A DNA stretch of 64,000 bases from Octopus sinensis. Its lineage: Eukaryota. Below the pieces are notes generated by a model that saw only the letters and a program-made list of their open reading frames with translations, was not told the origin of the DNA and searched no databases. This document shows positions 24,253 through 35,880 of this stretch, piece after piece. Position 1 is the first letter of the stretch. The number at the start of each line of letters is the position of its first letter. The DNA lies in NCBI RefSeq assembly GCF_006345805.1, contig NC_043001.1, positions 23,560,001 through 23,624,000 of the forward strand. The letters run 5' to 3'. The position numbers and the translations under genes were made by a program.

Positions 24253-26798
24253 GTCTGTATTCGTAATATATATTTCAGTATTGATGTTCAGTAAAAGCCA
24301 GCAAACTAACTTTTTATTATATTATAAGTAAATAAATAACACAAAATTAAAATGATCATAACTTTTAAAAGTATCTTAATTCTTTACGATCCTTTAAGAA
24401 TAACATAACAAGAGCGGGATACGTCCTGAATTAATCATACATAATTTTATTTTAATTAATTGATCGAGTAGTTAATTATTCTTTTTATGTAGAATTTATT
24501 AAAATTAAATGAAAATCTAATACTTCCGTAAAGTACCGACATAATTATTAGCGTGCAGTTAGTGCGAGCCGAGTTAATTATTTTATATTTAATCAGCGAA
24601 AAGAAACAAAGTTACATTTATTTAATATCAAATTAGTTTTTAAAATGTTGCATCGTTTCTTATTTTCACTTATCAAATTAATTTAAGTATTTTATTGTTT
24701 ATAAGTTCTTTACTTTTGCATGTAGAGGGATTGGTGATAACTTTCTATCCGGTTATTGCATTAACTGGTGCCTGTCCAGGATAAAACTCGTTTTATTTTC
24801 AATGATATAGGAAAGATATATATATATAAATATAAATATATATATTTATAAATCTTGTTTAACTCATTGTGCTGCGACCATGATGAGGAACCGCCTTGAA
24901 GGGTTTTACCCGAACAGAAATTGAAAGAACCCCGTCGTATATATAAGTGTCTGTATTTGTCCCCCCCCCCCAATCTCTTGACAACCTATGTTGGTGTGTT
25001 TATGTCCCCATAACTTAGCGGTTCGGCAAAAGAGACTGATAGAATAAGTACTAGGTTTACAAAGAATAAGGGTTAATGCAGTGGTCGATTTCTTCGACTA
25101 AAAGGCGAGGTCGATTTCTTCGACAAAATGACTGAAACAAATAAAAAAAAAGAGGTTATGTATATATGAGAGAATGTTATGGCCCGGTTCATAGTGTTAC
25201 CCAGGATTTTGCGTCCATGAAGCGCTCAGCTTTGCACATCTCGTCAGACCCTAATGGCTGATGGCCTATAATCTTTCTTCAAAAGAAAAATAACCTATAA
25301 ACCTGCCATAACTATAACATTCTCCAAATACTCTCTACTGTTCTGTGCTTTTCTTTCGAATTTATGATTTACTGAGGATCTATCTATTTCTTTCTTTATA
25401 TTATGTGTGTCCGTTGGGATATAGAAATACTCAGGTTGGAGTCCGAGGGCGCGGCAAGCCCTTTGGGAGTTAGGGACCCCTGGTCTTTGTCTATGCATTC
25501 CTCTAGAAGGCCAACTCGTAAATAAAATCCGCTGCTCTACTGAGCCGGACATCTTGCACTTTGCTTGTCTCTGGGCTTTTTGTCATCGCGGTGTTGTGCA
25601 AGCCATACTCAACTTAGAACCCTTACATGGGCATTACTGATCTTAACATTTGTCCGCGATCGTCATGCTCGTGTAGCGCATAGACAACCATCGTATTTGT
25701 GCGTGTGAAATTAAAAACTGTTTTAAACGTATATTTGTATAAAAGGGCAAGAAGCAAGCCTCATCCACTTTTTGTTGTTGTTGTTGTCACTGCTACATTC
25801 CCCTCTCATTTGAACTCTACAACTCTAATCCAAGTTAAAGCCACTTGGGACACACGTATGCTTGTGTGGGCATGTATCTTGTGCACATACGCACGGAAAC
25901 AAATGCATGCATACATACACGCATGAATGCATACCCACACATACAAGCATACCTACACACACACACACACATGCGTGTATACATACACTCATGCATACAA
26001 TTTTTTAAACCTGTTGGTTTTCAAAACGTCCTTGACCTATTACAAACTGAAAGTGATGAAACAAAATCTGAGCTAAGGGAAGTAAGTTAACATTACGAAA
26101 AGTTAAATAAAATTAAAATTCGTAACACATCTCGGGGCCCCAAAAGTTGATGTTTAGTCATTTGTTAGAGTAGGCATAACATTTATTTTGTTTTAAATGT
26201 TGTAGTTGTTTCACCTATAATTGTGAAGTTCTCGTTCGATTCCTGGACCTGGCTGTGTGTTGCTCCAGTTCACTCAGCTGTAGAAATGAGTTGCGACATC
26301 ACTGGTGCCAAGCTGTATCGGCCCCTTTGCCTTTCCCTTGGATAACATCGGTGGTATGGAGAGGGGAGGTTGGTATGGGCGACTGCTGGACATCCTGGAC
26401 TTGTGCTTTGGAGGGCAACTTTCTAGGTGCAATCTGATGGCCACTCATGACCGAAGGGGATCTTTACCCTCTTAGTTTTTCACGGAATAATTATTGATGT
26501 CTCATCGTCATCATTTTACGTCTGCCTTCCATGCCAGCATGCATTGGACTGCTCAGAACAGTTTGAATCAGTTCTTCTTGGAAGTCATTTTATTCATCGA
26601 CACTAACTCGTCTGTTTAATTTTAGCTTATTTTCCTTGCTTGCATCTTCCTTTCCCATGCTGCTTTACAGAATGTACAGAGTGCATTTTATTATAGTGCC
26701 AGCACTATGGAAGTTGAACATATGGAATATTCATAGTTAAAACTGACAGGACTTATTGGAGTGGAGAAGTAAATTCAGTGGCGTAGCTACAGTATAAA

Positions 26799-27131
26799 GG
26801 CTCATGGCTCAGTTGTTAGAGCGTCGAGCTTACGATCGTGAGGTTGTGAGCTCGAATCCCAGACCGGGCTGTGTATTGTGTTCTTGAGCAAGACACTTTA
26901 TTTCACATTGCTCCAGTTCACTCAGCTGTAGAAATGAGTTGCGACGTCACAGGTGCAAAGCTGTATCGGCTGTTGCCGTTCCCTTGGTTAACACTGGTGG
27001 TGTGGAAAGGGGAGGCCAGTATGCATGGGCGACTGCTGGTCTTCCACAAACAACCTTGCCCTGACTTGTGCCTGGGAGGGTAACTTTCTAAGTGCAATCC
27101 CATGGTCAGTGTCGTGACCCAAGGGGGTTTC
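26799..27131 (+). mobile_element. SINE family C (tRNA-Arg-like head) with 11-bp TSD
   Basis: A-box tggctcagttgttag, ttACGat loop, B-box gctcgaatcc. TSD agctacagtat at 26785-95 and 27132-42. Related copies at about 690-1085(-), 3145-3390(-), 18560-18840, 29275-29495(-), 33750-34050(-), 59910-60160(-). Confidence 0.85.
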
Positions 27132-28533
27132 AGCTACAGTATGTGCTGCCTGGGATAGTCATTGAGTTTTTCCACACCCCATGGACCTCCACAGTCCTAT
27201 AAAGGCTTACATGGCAGGCCTTTAAGTGATGCACCCAAAAAGCATCACCTGCAGTGGACGTCCCCTAGCTACACTGCTGTGTAAATTCTCCTCAAACCAG
27301 AGACCTAACCTGAATACTTGCAACAGAGTGGACTCCACTAAATGTTCCTAAGAAGTCAGTTTGTGGTATTAAATTAGGAAACTAAATAAGTCTCCTTCCC
27401 ATGTTGGACTTGGTCTAATTTTGAACTTAGAATGCAAAAAGCCAGAACGACTACTGCGAGTTTCACCTTTACCTTTTAACATTTAAACTGGACATATCCG
27501 GCCCATATTTTCTACCAGTTTTATGTTGAAACTGGCCAGATCCAGCCTTTCACACCTCTCCTACAATGTCATTCTAAAAATAAACCATCACATCATCAAA
27601 ATCTCAGGGTTATGAGGTAATACATGATTAATTTTTAAATTAACCATGTGGATAAATAAGCATTCATCATCATCATCATCATCATTTAGCGTCCGTTCTC
27701 CATGCTAGCGGTAAATTAATCTGAATGCTAAAGGGTTAAAATTTCACCAGTCCACTGTCCTGGGTTGGTACTTTTATATTTACTGATCCTAAAAAGGTGG
27801 AGAGCAAACTTTAACTTGACAGGATTTGTACTCAAAATGCAGAGAGTCAGAACAAATATCACAAGGTATTTTATCTGATGCTCTTAAGACTCTGCCAATT
27901 CATTTTCTGTTGGTGGTTAATGATTTTATATAGTCTGATATGTGGCTATTTCTTTGACACTGAATAGATGCAGGTGTGGTTAAGAAGCTTGCTTTCCAAC
28001 TATGTGATGATGGGTTCAATCTCACCTTGAGCAAGTGTCTACTACAATAGCCCTGGGCCAAATTCGCTATCAAATACACTCAATATCATGTGATGGTTGT
28101 AAACGAGCACCACCATCATACAAGTGATGTTTGTGTCCAGTCTTATAGAAGCAGGTTAGGGTGGGCAACAGGAAAATCTGCCTCAAAGAATTCCATCTGA
28201 CTTGTGCAAGGATGGGAAAGTAGATGTTAAACAATAATGATTCCAACAGCATTTGTAATAAAGCACAATGACAAATACAAACAGTTCCAATGTAAATAAG
28301 ACTGGCTTCTAAAAGCCATGAAACTATATTTCAACTATTTATAGTGTTGATCATTTGAAGAAAGTTATGGATTAGCAATACCTTTCCATTTAATATAGCA
28401 TTCTACTTTTTAGTTGATGCAAGTAAAAAAAAGCTAAAATTCATTTATACTCGATAGCATTAACATCAACTGCATCAAAATTGATATGATTAATCATTTC
28501 ATATTTCTTTTGCCTTTTATACGTCATCTACAG

Positions 28534-28696
28534 AAGCCTGGAAGGTTTAAGTCCGGTAACAAATATTGAATTGGATGGAAAAGAAGTTCCTTGTAGAGTT
28601 GACGATTTGAAACAGTTATCTGTTCTTGGAAATGGGAGCTTTGGAGTTGTCTATGGGATGGAACATGGACCAACCAAAAAGATTATGGCTGTCAAG
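28534..28696 (+). CDS. MAP2K (MKK4/MKK3/6 group) exon: glycine loop and VAIK lysine
   Basis: ctacag| acceptor, AAG|gtaggt donor. SLEGLSPVTNIELDGKEVPCRVDDLKQLSVLGNGSFGVVYGMEHGPTKKIMAVK. Confidence 0.93.
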
Positions 28697-29889
28697 GTAG
28701 GTATTTAGCATGTAAAAATTGAAATACAAAGCACTAGTAGAGATAATGTATTTATTCAAGTATTGCAGAAGGATTGCTTGAAAGGGGGAACTACAACTGT
28801 GCTTCGTGGTCTGCTACCACAACAGCTCCTTTATAGGATCCAGTTAGCTCCAGACATCAACAGGAGGAACCACGTCCGGTTTCGGCCCCTACTCCTCTAC
28901 CGTTTTGACGTGGTGCCCCCCCCCCTCCGCTTTTGGAGGTGTCTTCAGCTCTGGTGTTATGTGCATTTCTTCTTTCTTCTGTTCCCTGGCCTCTTCGCTG
29001 TAGCATCGAGTGTCAGCCGGTGGCTGACTGGCTTGTCAAATTTTTCCCTTTAAATACCTGCCGCTAGGCTCCAGCAGGTTGTCACGTGACACTGTCTCAC
29101 CGTAACTGACTAGTGAAGGCGCGTAGTCTTAGCCTGCGCATTCTCTAAACTACTGTCACCTGTCAGTCAGGGAAGCTAATTCAGTGTCAGCTTGTCTCAC
29201 CTACTGATGTTATTTCCCGCCGGCATGTTATGACTTTCAAGCCTACTTGAAATAATTATTTTAATTTAATGTGCCCTTTTAAGGCCTAGCCAGGCTCATG
29301 GGCCCGATTTCCTGGTTTCAATGGCGTATGTGTTTCCCAGCTGGACGGGACTCCAGTCCATCACAGCGTTACTCATTTTTGCCAGCTGAGTGGACTGGAG
29401 CAACGTGAAATGAAATGTTTTGCTCAAGAACACGTGTCACCTGGTCCAGGAGTCGAAACCACAATCTTACGATCATGATGCTGACACATGCCTCCACAAT
29501 TGCTTGAAATATGTTTATATATATTTTTATATAAGAAAATAAAATGACAAAAGAAAGAAATAAACGATTATCTTATGAACTTCATTAGCTTACAGTTGTT
29601 TTTGCTGTAAGATGCAGTGGACTCAGTTAAGTGCTTCAGTAACATCTTATAGCTTTATCAGAGCCTTAGCACTTCATATACGAGGCTTTGATGAAGCTAT
29701 AAGGTGTTACTCAAGCACTCAACTCAGAGTCCACTGCATCTTATAACTGAAACAGCTCTAAACTAATGAAATTCAAAAGATAATAATTTATTCCTTTGTC
29801 ATCTTATTTTCTTATTGCTGCTCTGTACTCAACTAATGTTTTGCTCTGAAGCATATGTGTATTGTGTTCTACATTTGATTATTAGCTTC

Positions 29890-30545
29890 ACCATCATCAT
29901 CATCATCATCATCATCATTTAATGTCCGCTTTCCATGCTAGCATGGGTTGGACGTTTTGACCAGGTCTGGGAAGCCAGGAGGCTGCACCAGGCTCCAGTC
30001 TGATCTGGCAGAGTTTCTACAGCTGGATGCCCTTCCTAATGCCAACCATTCTGAGAGTGTAGTGGGTGCTTTTACGTGCCACCAGCACGAAGGCCAGTCA
30101 GATGGTACTGCCAACGGTCATCCTCAAATGGTGCTTTTTATGTGCCACCTGCACAGGAGCCAGTCCAGCGGCACTGGCAATGACCTCACTCGAATGTTTT
30201 TTCACGTGTCACCAGCACAAGTGCCAGTAAAATGACACAGGTAACGATCACGCTCAAATGGTGCTTTTTACGTGCCCTGACAACGATCATGCTTGTATGG
30301 TACACTTAGTGCTCCACTAGCACAGATGCCAGTCATGAAATTTGATTTCAATTTCACTTGCCTCAACAGGTCTTCACAAGCAGAGTTTAGTGTCCAATGA
30401 AGGAAAGGTACACATAAGTGGGCTGGTTACACCCCTGGCATAGGCCACAAGGTTATGGTCTCACTTGGGCTTACCGAGTCTTCTCAAGCACAGCATATTT
30501 CCAAAGGTCCTGGTCACTAGTCATTGCCTCGGTGAGGCCCAATAT
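29890..30545 (-). mobile_element. RTE-X 3' fragment
   Basis: (CAT)n tail at left, then 3'UTR, then antisense of PRKT.DEVV..GLTEAMTSD.DLWKYAVLEKTR. Confidence 0.8.
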
Positions 30546-31931
30546 TCACCACCTCATCCCGGGTCTTCCTGGGTCATTAAGTGAAATATATATGTGCATA
30601 CCTTGAGGCTTTATCAATACTTTGGATAAATGACATTACTATACTTGATGGCACCAGCACTGATGAGGTTTGTTTTGGCATGGTTTTCACCGCTGGGTTC
30701 CCTTCCTAACGTCAACCACTCTACTGAGTGAACTGGATAAGATACTGAAATATTTGGGAATGTCACAAGCTTTTATGCTTCTGCACTCAGCCACAGTGTT
30801 TTAAATATTATATACATTGTGACTTCAAAGACCCGACAAATGAAGTGAGTTCATGGCTTGCAGGATGGCCTGCTGTGCTTGGGGAGACCTATTGTGTCAA
30901 GTACATCAGCATCAAAATACCTGTGCTGGTGACACGTAAAAAGCACCGCCTGACTGGCATCCGTGCCGGTGGCATGTAAAGAGCACCAACTGATTGTGGC
31001 CGTTTGCCAGCCTCCCCTGACCCTTGTGCTGGTGGCTTATAAAAAGCACCTACTACACTCATGGAGTGGTTGGCGTTAGGAAGGGCATCCAGCTGTAGAA
31101 ACACTGCCAGATCAGACTAGAACCTGGTGCAGCCTCTTGGCTTCCCAGACCCCGGTCGAACCGTCCAACCCGTGCTAACATGGAAAACGGACGTTAAACG
31201 ATGATGATGATGATTGTTATTATTTTAATCTAATGTTTCATGTGTGAATATTGATTCAATTTATTTATATATTTTTTTCTATGTAGCCTTTTATTTTCAC
31301 AATTGGTTTTGCAGACTTTAAACAGAGCATCTTGAATCTCTACAAATGAGAATTTTTCTGTAACTTTTAACCGGAATCAAACAAGTTATGTTTAAAAATC
31401 TGTTATATGCATGCACTTGGCAGTGAATACATGCTACTAACAAAGTCCAACAAACCAGAAAAGCACATTTTACATTCTCGCCTGCTACTGGCTAGATGAT
31501 TTTTGTCTGCTGCTGAAATAGTTTGTGTTTTTAAGCATATCACATCTATAAGAGAAACTATCCCTTGATGAATCATCATCATCATCATCGTTTAACGTTC
31601 ACTTTCCTTGCTAGCATGGGTTGGACGGTTCGAGTGGGGTCTGGGAAGACTGCTGGAAATTTGCTTTTTTCACAATGTATTTAGAATATGATGCACCAGA
31701 GGCTACGAGTTATGTTTATTTTTTGCCTTGTTCTTTTACTCTTTTACTTGTTTCAGTCTCTTGACTGTGGCCATGCTGGAGCACCGCCTTTAGTCGAGCA
31801 ACTCGACCCCAGGACTTATTCTTTCTAAGCCTAGTACTTATTCTATCGGTCTCTTTTGCCAAACTGCTAAGTTACAGGGACGTAAACACACCACCATCAG
31901 TTGTCAAGCGACGTTGAGGGGACAAACATAG

Positions 31932-31994
<63 letters not shown>

Positions 31995-31996
<2 letters not shown>

Positions 31997-32305
31997 CTTT
32001 GTAGTCATAAAGTGAGACAGATGAGTGACAACCTGGCCACTGGTGGTGGTGTAACACACCATACTAATCATATCTGTCGGGCATGTGGAAGAGAGTGTAA
32101 TTCAGCAGGAGGACTTAAACGACATGCAAGGGTACATGAAGCCCAGTTACAACTACAGCTGGCTATTACCGGTAAAGGTTTTAGTTGCCAATTCTATACA
32201 AGACATTGTAGATCTTTAGCTGGGCTAAAAAGTCACATTCGATCACAGCACCAGTAACAGTTAAGCTTCGTGCAATGGCCATACTCGATAATGAGGGGGC
32301 AGCCA
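31995..32305 (+). mobile_element. RTE-type LINE 3' end with two C2H2-like fingers
   Basis: HICRACGRECNSAGGLKRHARVH and FSCQFYTRHCRSLAGLKSHIRSQH*, followed by a short 3'UTR (gccatactcga..gagggggcagccat). Sits inside a SINE (TA)n tract. Confidence 0.7.
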
Positions 32306-32945
32306 TAATATACATATATACAACGGGCTTCTTTCAGCTTCCGTCTACCAAATCCACCCACAAGGCTTTGGTCGGCCCGAGGCTATTGTAGAAGGCACTT
32401 GCCCATGGTGCCACGCGGTGGGACTGAACGCGGAACCATATGTGGTTGGTAAGCATGCTACTTACCACACAGCCACTCCTAACTTTTCAGCATTCAGGTT
32501 GCTGTGTCAAATATATAATGCTTATTTATTCGCATATTTTTGAATTAATTATGCATTATCTTGTAGCATGGCGATTTCAGTGATGTGATTGTATATTTTT
32601 AGAATGGTGTTGTTGGTTAGTGTAATAGTTTGGCCAGTTTGAAAATAAAGCAGGTAGAATGTTTGGGCTAGATACAGTTGGCTTAAATGTTAAAGAAAAT
32701 TTCCGCTAAGCTAAATTCTACTTTTTCTCATGATGAAGAAAATGCCATTGCTTATTTCTATGCCATGTTTTTATTTCAAGTTCTCTATTTTGCTTGACTT
32801 GTGTCATAAACAAACCACTTTTCCTTTTCCTTTGTATAGTTACCCTTTGTTTAATTATGGCATGTATTTAATATCTAGATGCATCCATTTATATTTTTAT
32901 TGAAAATTTTCTAACCAAGTATTTCAACTATTTTGTATATTTCAG

Positions 32946-33065
32946 AAAATAAAATTTGTTACTTCTGACCAAGACAAAATGAAACGTTTAGTACGAGATT
33001 TGGAGATTTCAAAGAAAGTTAATAGTGAATATACTGTGAAATGTTTGGGAACACTCTTTAGTGAG
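32946..33065 (+). CDS. MAP2K exon: alphaC helix region
   Basis: ttcag| ... GAG|gtatat, 120 nt, phase 0/0. KIKFVTSDQDKMKRLVRDLEISKKVNSEYTVKCLGTLFSE resembles MAP2K KRLLMDLDIS...YGALFRE. Confidence 0.92.
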
Positions 33066-34235
33066 GTATATTTTTTTCTTATTTCATGTTGATATGAACT
33101 CATGTGTAGAAGCAGATTTTGTTGTATCTTGGTAGGGTCATCATGCCAATAATAAACATGCACACTGGTTCTAGTTCACTTCTTTCATAATTATTAGTCA
33201 ATTAGTTAAAATTTAACCACTCAGAATGATTGTTTGATTAATCATTTAGTCAGTCAATCAATTGATCAATCTTTTTTCCTCTGCTTGATTGGCAGATGGA
33301 CATGAAGCAAACCTGGAGCAGAGTGGATATGTCATTGATGAAGTCACGAATGGTGATGAAAGGAATTTGCTAAACCTAACTGATTGATTGATCAAACAAT
33401 TAATCAAGCAATCAGTTAGTTAATTGGTTAGATGATTAACCAGTTGACTAATGATAATAAGTGTTTTTGACTTAAGATGTTTCAGCTATGAACATTCTGT
33501 CTTTTTTCAACCATAATGCATGTATAACTCTGTCCTTCATTTAGCCAATATGGTGTAATTTGAAAGGGATTTGGCTATTATTTCTAGTACATTGAGTGAC
33601 TCTACAGAAGCTCCCTCTTTGACTCATTTCTAGTGGGTATATGTGAATATAGGTAGAGGTAAGCTCTGCAAATATAAATAGAAATTTTCAGAATCTAAGC
33701 CATTAGAACTGACTTTTTTGAACAATGTCATATTTATTTATTTTTTTATGCACCCTTTTCAAGCCTAGCCAGGCTCATGGGCCTGGTTTCTGTGGTGTAT
33801 GTGTTCCCCACCCCCCAGCCGGAGGGGACGCCAGTCCATCGCAGCTTTACCCAAGAAACAGGAAGAAAGAGTGAGAGAAAGTTGGGGCGAAGGAGTACAA
33901 CAGGGGTCGCCACCACCCCTTGCCGAAGCCTCATGGAGCTTTAGGTGTTTTCACTCAATAAACACATACAATGCCCGGTCTGGGAATCGAAACTGAAATC
34001 CTCCGACCGCGAGTCCACTGCCCTAACCACTGGGCCATTGCGCCTCCACAATGTCATATTACTGGCTCCATTATATATAAAGCAAAATCTAGAGACACTT
34101 CTTGGCATGTACTTGGTCTGAGAAACATTCAGGATTCCAACACTATATACAATTTTGCACACACATGCATGCATAGCATATACACGTATAACTTATAGTA
34201 ATATTCTTTATCATTATTTATTCCTTTCAATGAAG

Positions 34236-34346
34236 GGAGATGTCTGGATACTCATGGAAAAAAAGGATCTGTGCTTGGAGCAATTTTATCAACATGTCAA
34301 TTCTACTACAATTCCTGAAGAATTTTTGGCTAAAACAACTTTAATT
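34236..34346 (+). CDS. MAP2K exon: hinge region
   Basis: tgaag| ... ATT|gtaagt, 111 nt. GDVWILMEKKDLCLEQFYQHVNSTTIPEEFLAKTTLI resembles GD(V/C)WICMELM...IPE(E/D)ILGKI. Confidence 0.92.
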
Positions 34347-34467
34347 GTAAGTATTATAAATACTAATGATATCACAATGTCACAATTAGCATTTGGCAGA
34401 ATTGTTAGCATGTTGGACAAAATACTTAGCAGTATTTCTGGATCTACATTCTCAATTTATCTTTGAA

Positions 34468-34972
34468 CTAACAGTATCGCCCGGCGTTGCTCGGGTTTGT
34501 AAGGGAAATAACTATATAAACATTTTTAGAGAGTTACTTCCCTTATATGATAGCAAAAAATGCATTAAAAATGGGAAAAAATGATGGTAAATTTTTTTTA
34601 AATCATAGACTCATCGTAGACATTTTTAGAGAGTTACGTCCCTTATATAATAGCAAAAAAAATGCATTAAAAATGGAAAAAAATGATGGTAAATTTTTTT
34701 TTAAATCGTAGACTCATCGTAGAAATTTATAGAGAGTTACGTCCCTTATATAATAGCAAAAAAAATACATTAAAAATGGAAAAAATGATGGTAAATTTTT
34801 TTTTAAATCGTAGACTTATCGTAGACGCGCGCTAATACCCAGAAGGGCTCGATATGAATCACGACTATAAGATACCCAGTTTTGGTTAAACTGCACTGCA
34901 AAATGTGGGAGTAGTTAGGAATCTAAATCGTAGGAGACAGACACCACACAACCTCACTTTTATATATATAGA
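34468..34972 (-). mobile_element. non-autonomous Helitron with internal triplication
   Basis: On the minus strand A|TCTATATATATAAAAG ... cccgagcaacgccggg hairpin ... TTAG|T. About 105-bp unit repeated three times internally. Interrupts a SINE remnant 120 bp after a MAP2K exon. Confidence 0.85.
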
Positions 34973-35490
34973 TTTCTGTTGAGATTGACTTTGCTTTTCA
35001 TCCTTTCAGGGTTGATAAAATAAATACCAGTTAAGTACTGGGGTTGATTTAATCAATGAACATCTTCCCTGTAAAATTATTGGCCTTGTGCCAAAATTTG
35101 AAATAATTATTACCAATTTCACTCATGTTGTTATTGTTGTTGTATGGTCAAGCAGGTTTCATTTGCAGGTTGGGTTCCGTCTTACTGCGTGGCAGCTTTG
35201 TACAAGTGTCTTCTACTATATAACTCCTGGCTTACCAATGTCTTGAGAGTGAGATGCGAAAAATGGAAACTGTATGGCAGCCTGATGTGTGTGTGTGTGT
35301 ATGCATATCGTAATCATCATCGTAATCTTCCATGCTGGCATGGGTTGGATGGTTTGACAGGAGCTGGCCAGGCAGAGGACTACACCAAGCTCCACTGTCT
35401 GTTTTGCATGGTTTTTATGGCTGGATGTCCTTACTAATGCCAACCACTTTACAGAGTGGACTGGGTGCTTTTTACATGGCACTAACATAT

Positions 35491-35880
35491 ACTCTTTTAC
35501 TCTTTTATTTGTTTCAGTCATTTGTTGTGGCCATGCTGGAGCACCACCTTTAGTCGAGCAAATCGACCCCAGGACTTATTCTTTGTAAGCCTAGTACTTA
35601 TTCTGTCGGTCTCTTTTGCCGAACTGCTAAGTTATGGGGACGTAAACACACCAGCATCGGTTGTCAAGCGATGTTGGGGGGACAAACACAGACACATACA
35701 TATATATATACATATATACAACGGGCTTCTTTCAGTTTCTGTCTACCAAATCCACTCACATGGCTTTGGTCGGCCTGAGGCTATAGTAGAAGACACTTGC
35801 CCAAGGTTCCACGCAGTGGGACTGAACCCGGAACCATGTGGTTCGTAAGCAAGCTACTTACCACACAGCCACTCCTACAC
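35491..35880 (-). mobile_element. SINE family A, full-length antisense copy in MAP2K intron
   Basis: Reverse complement of the family A consensus. Confidence 0.88.

Larger units (their letters stand above)
21491..24744 (+). repeat. pair of about 215-bp direct repeats (21491-21707 and 24535-24744)
   Basis: accgacataattattagcgtgcagttagtgcgagccgag ... ggattggtgataacttt occurs twice, near-identical apart from a 7-nt indel and a few substitutions. Confidence 0.9.

Noticed and set aside
26799-26870. tRNA-like sequences with A and B boxes (also heads of SINE A and B)
   Set aside because: They continue into SINE bodies and have TSDs; no complete cloverleaf acceptor stem was found.
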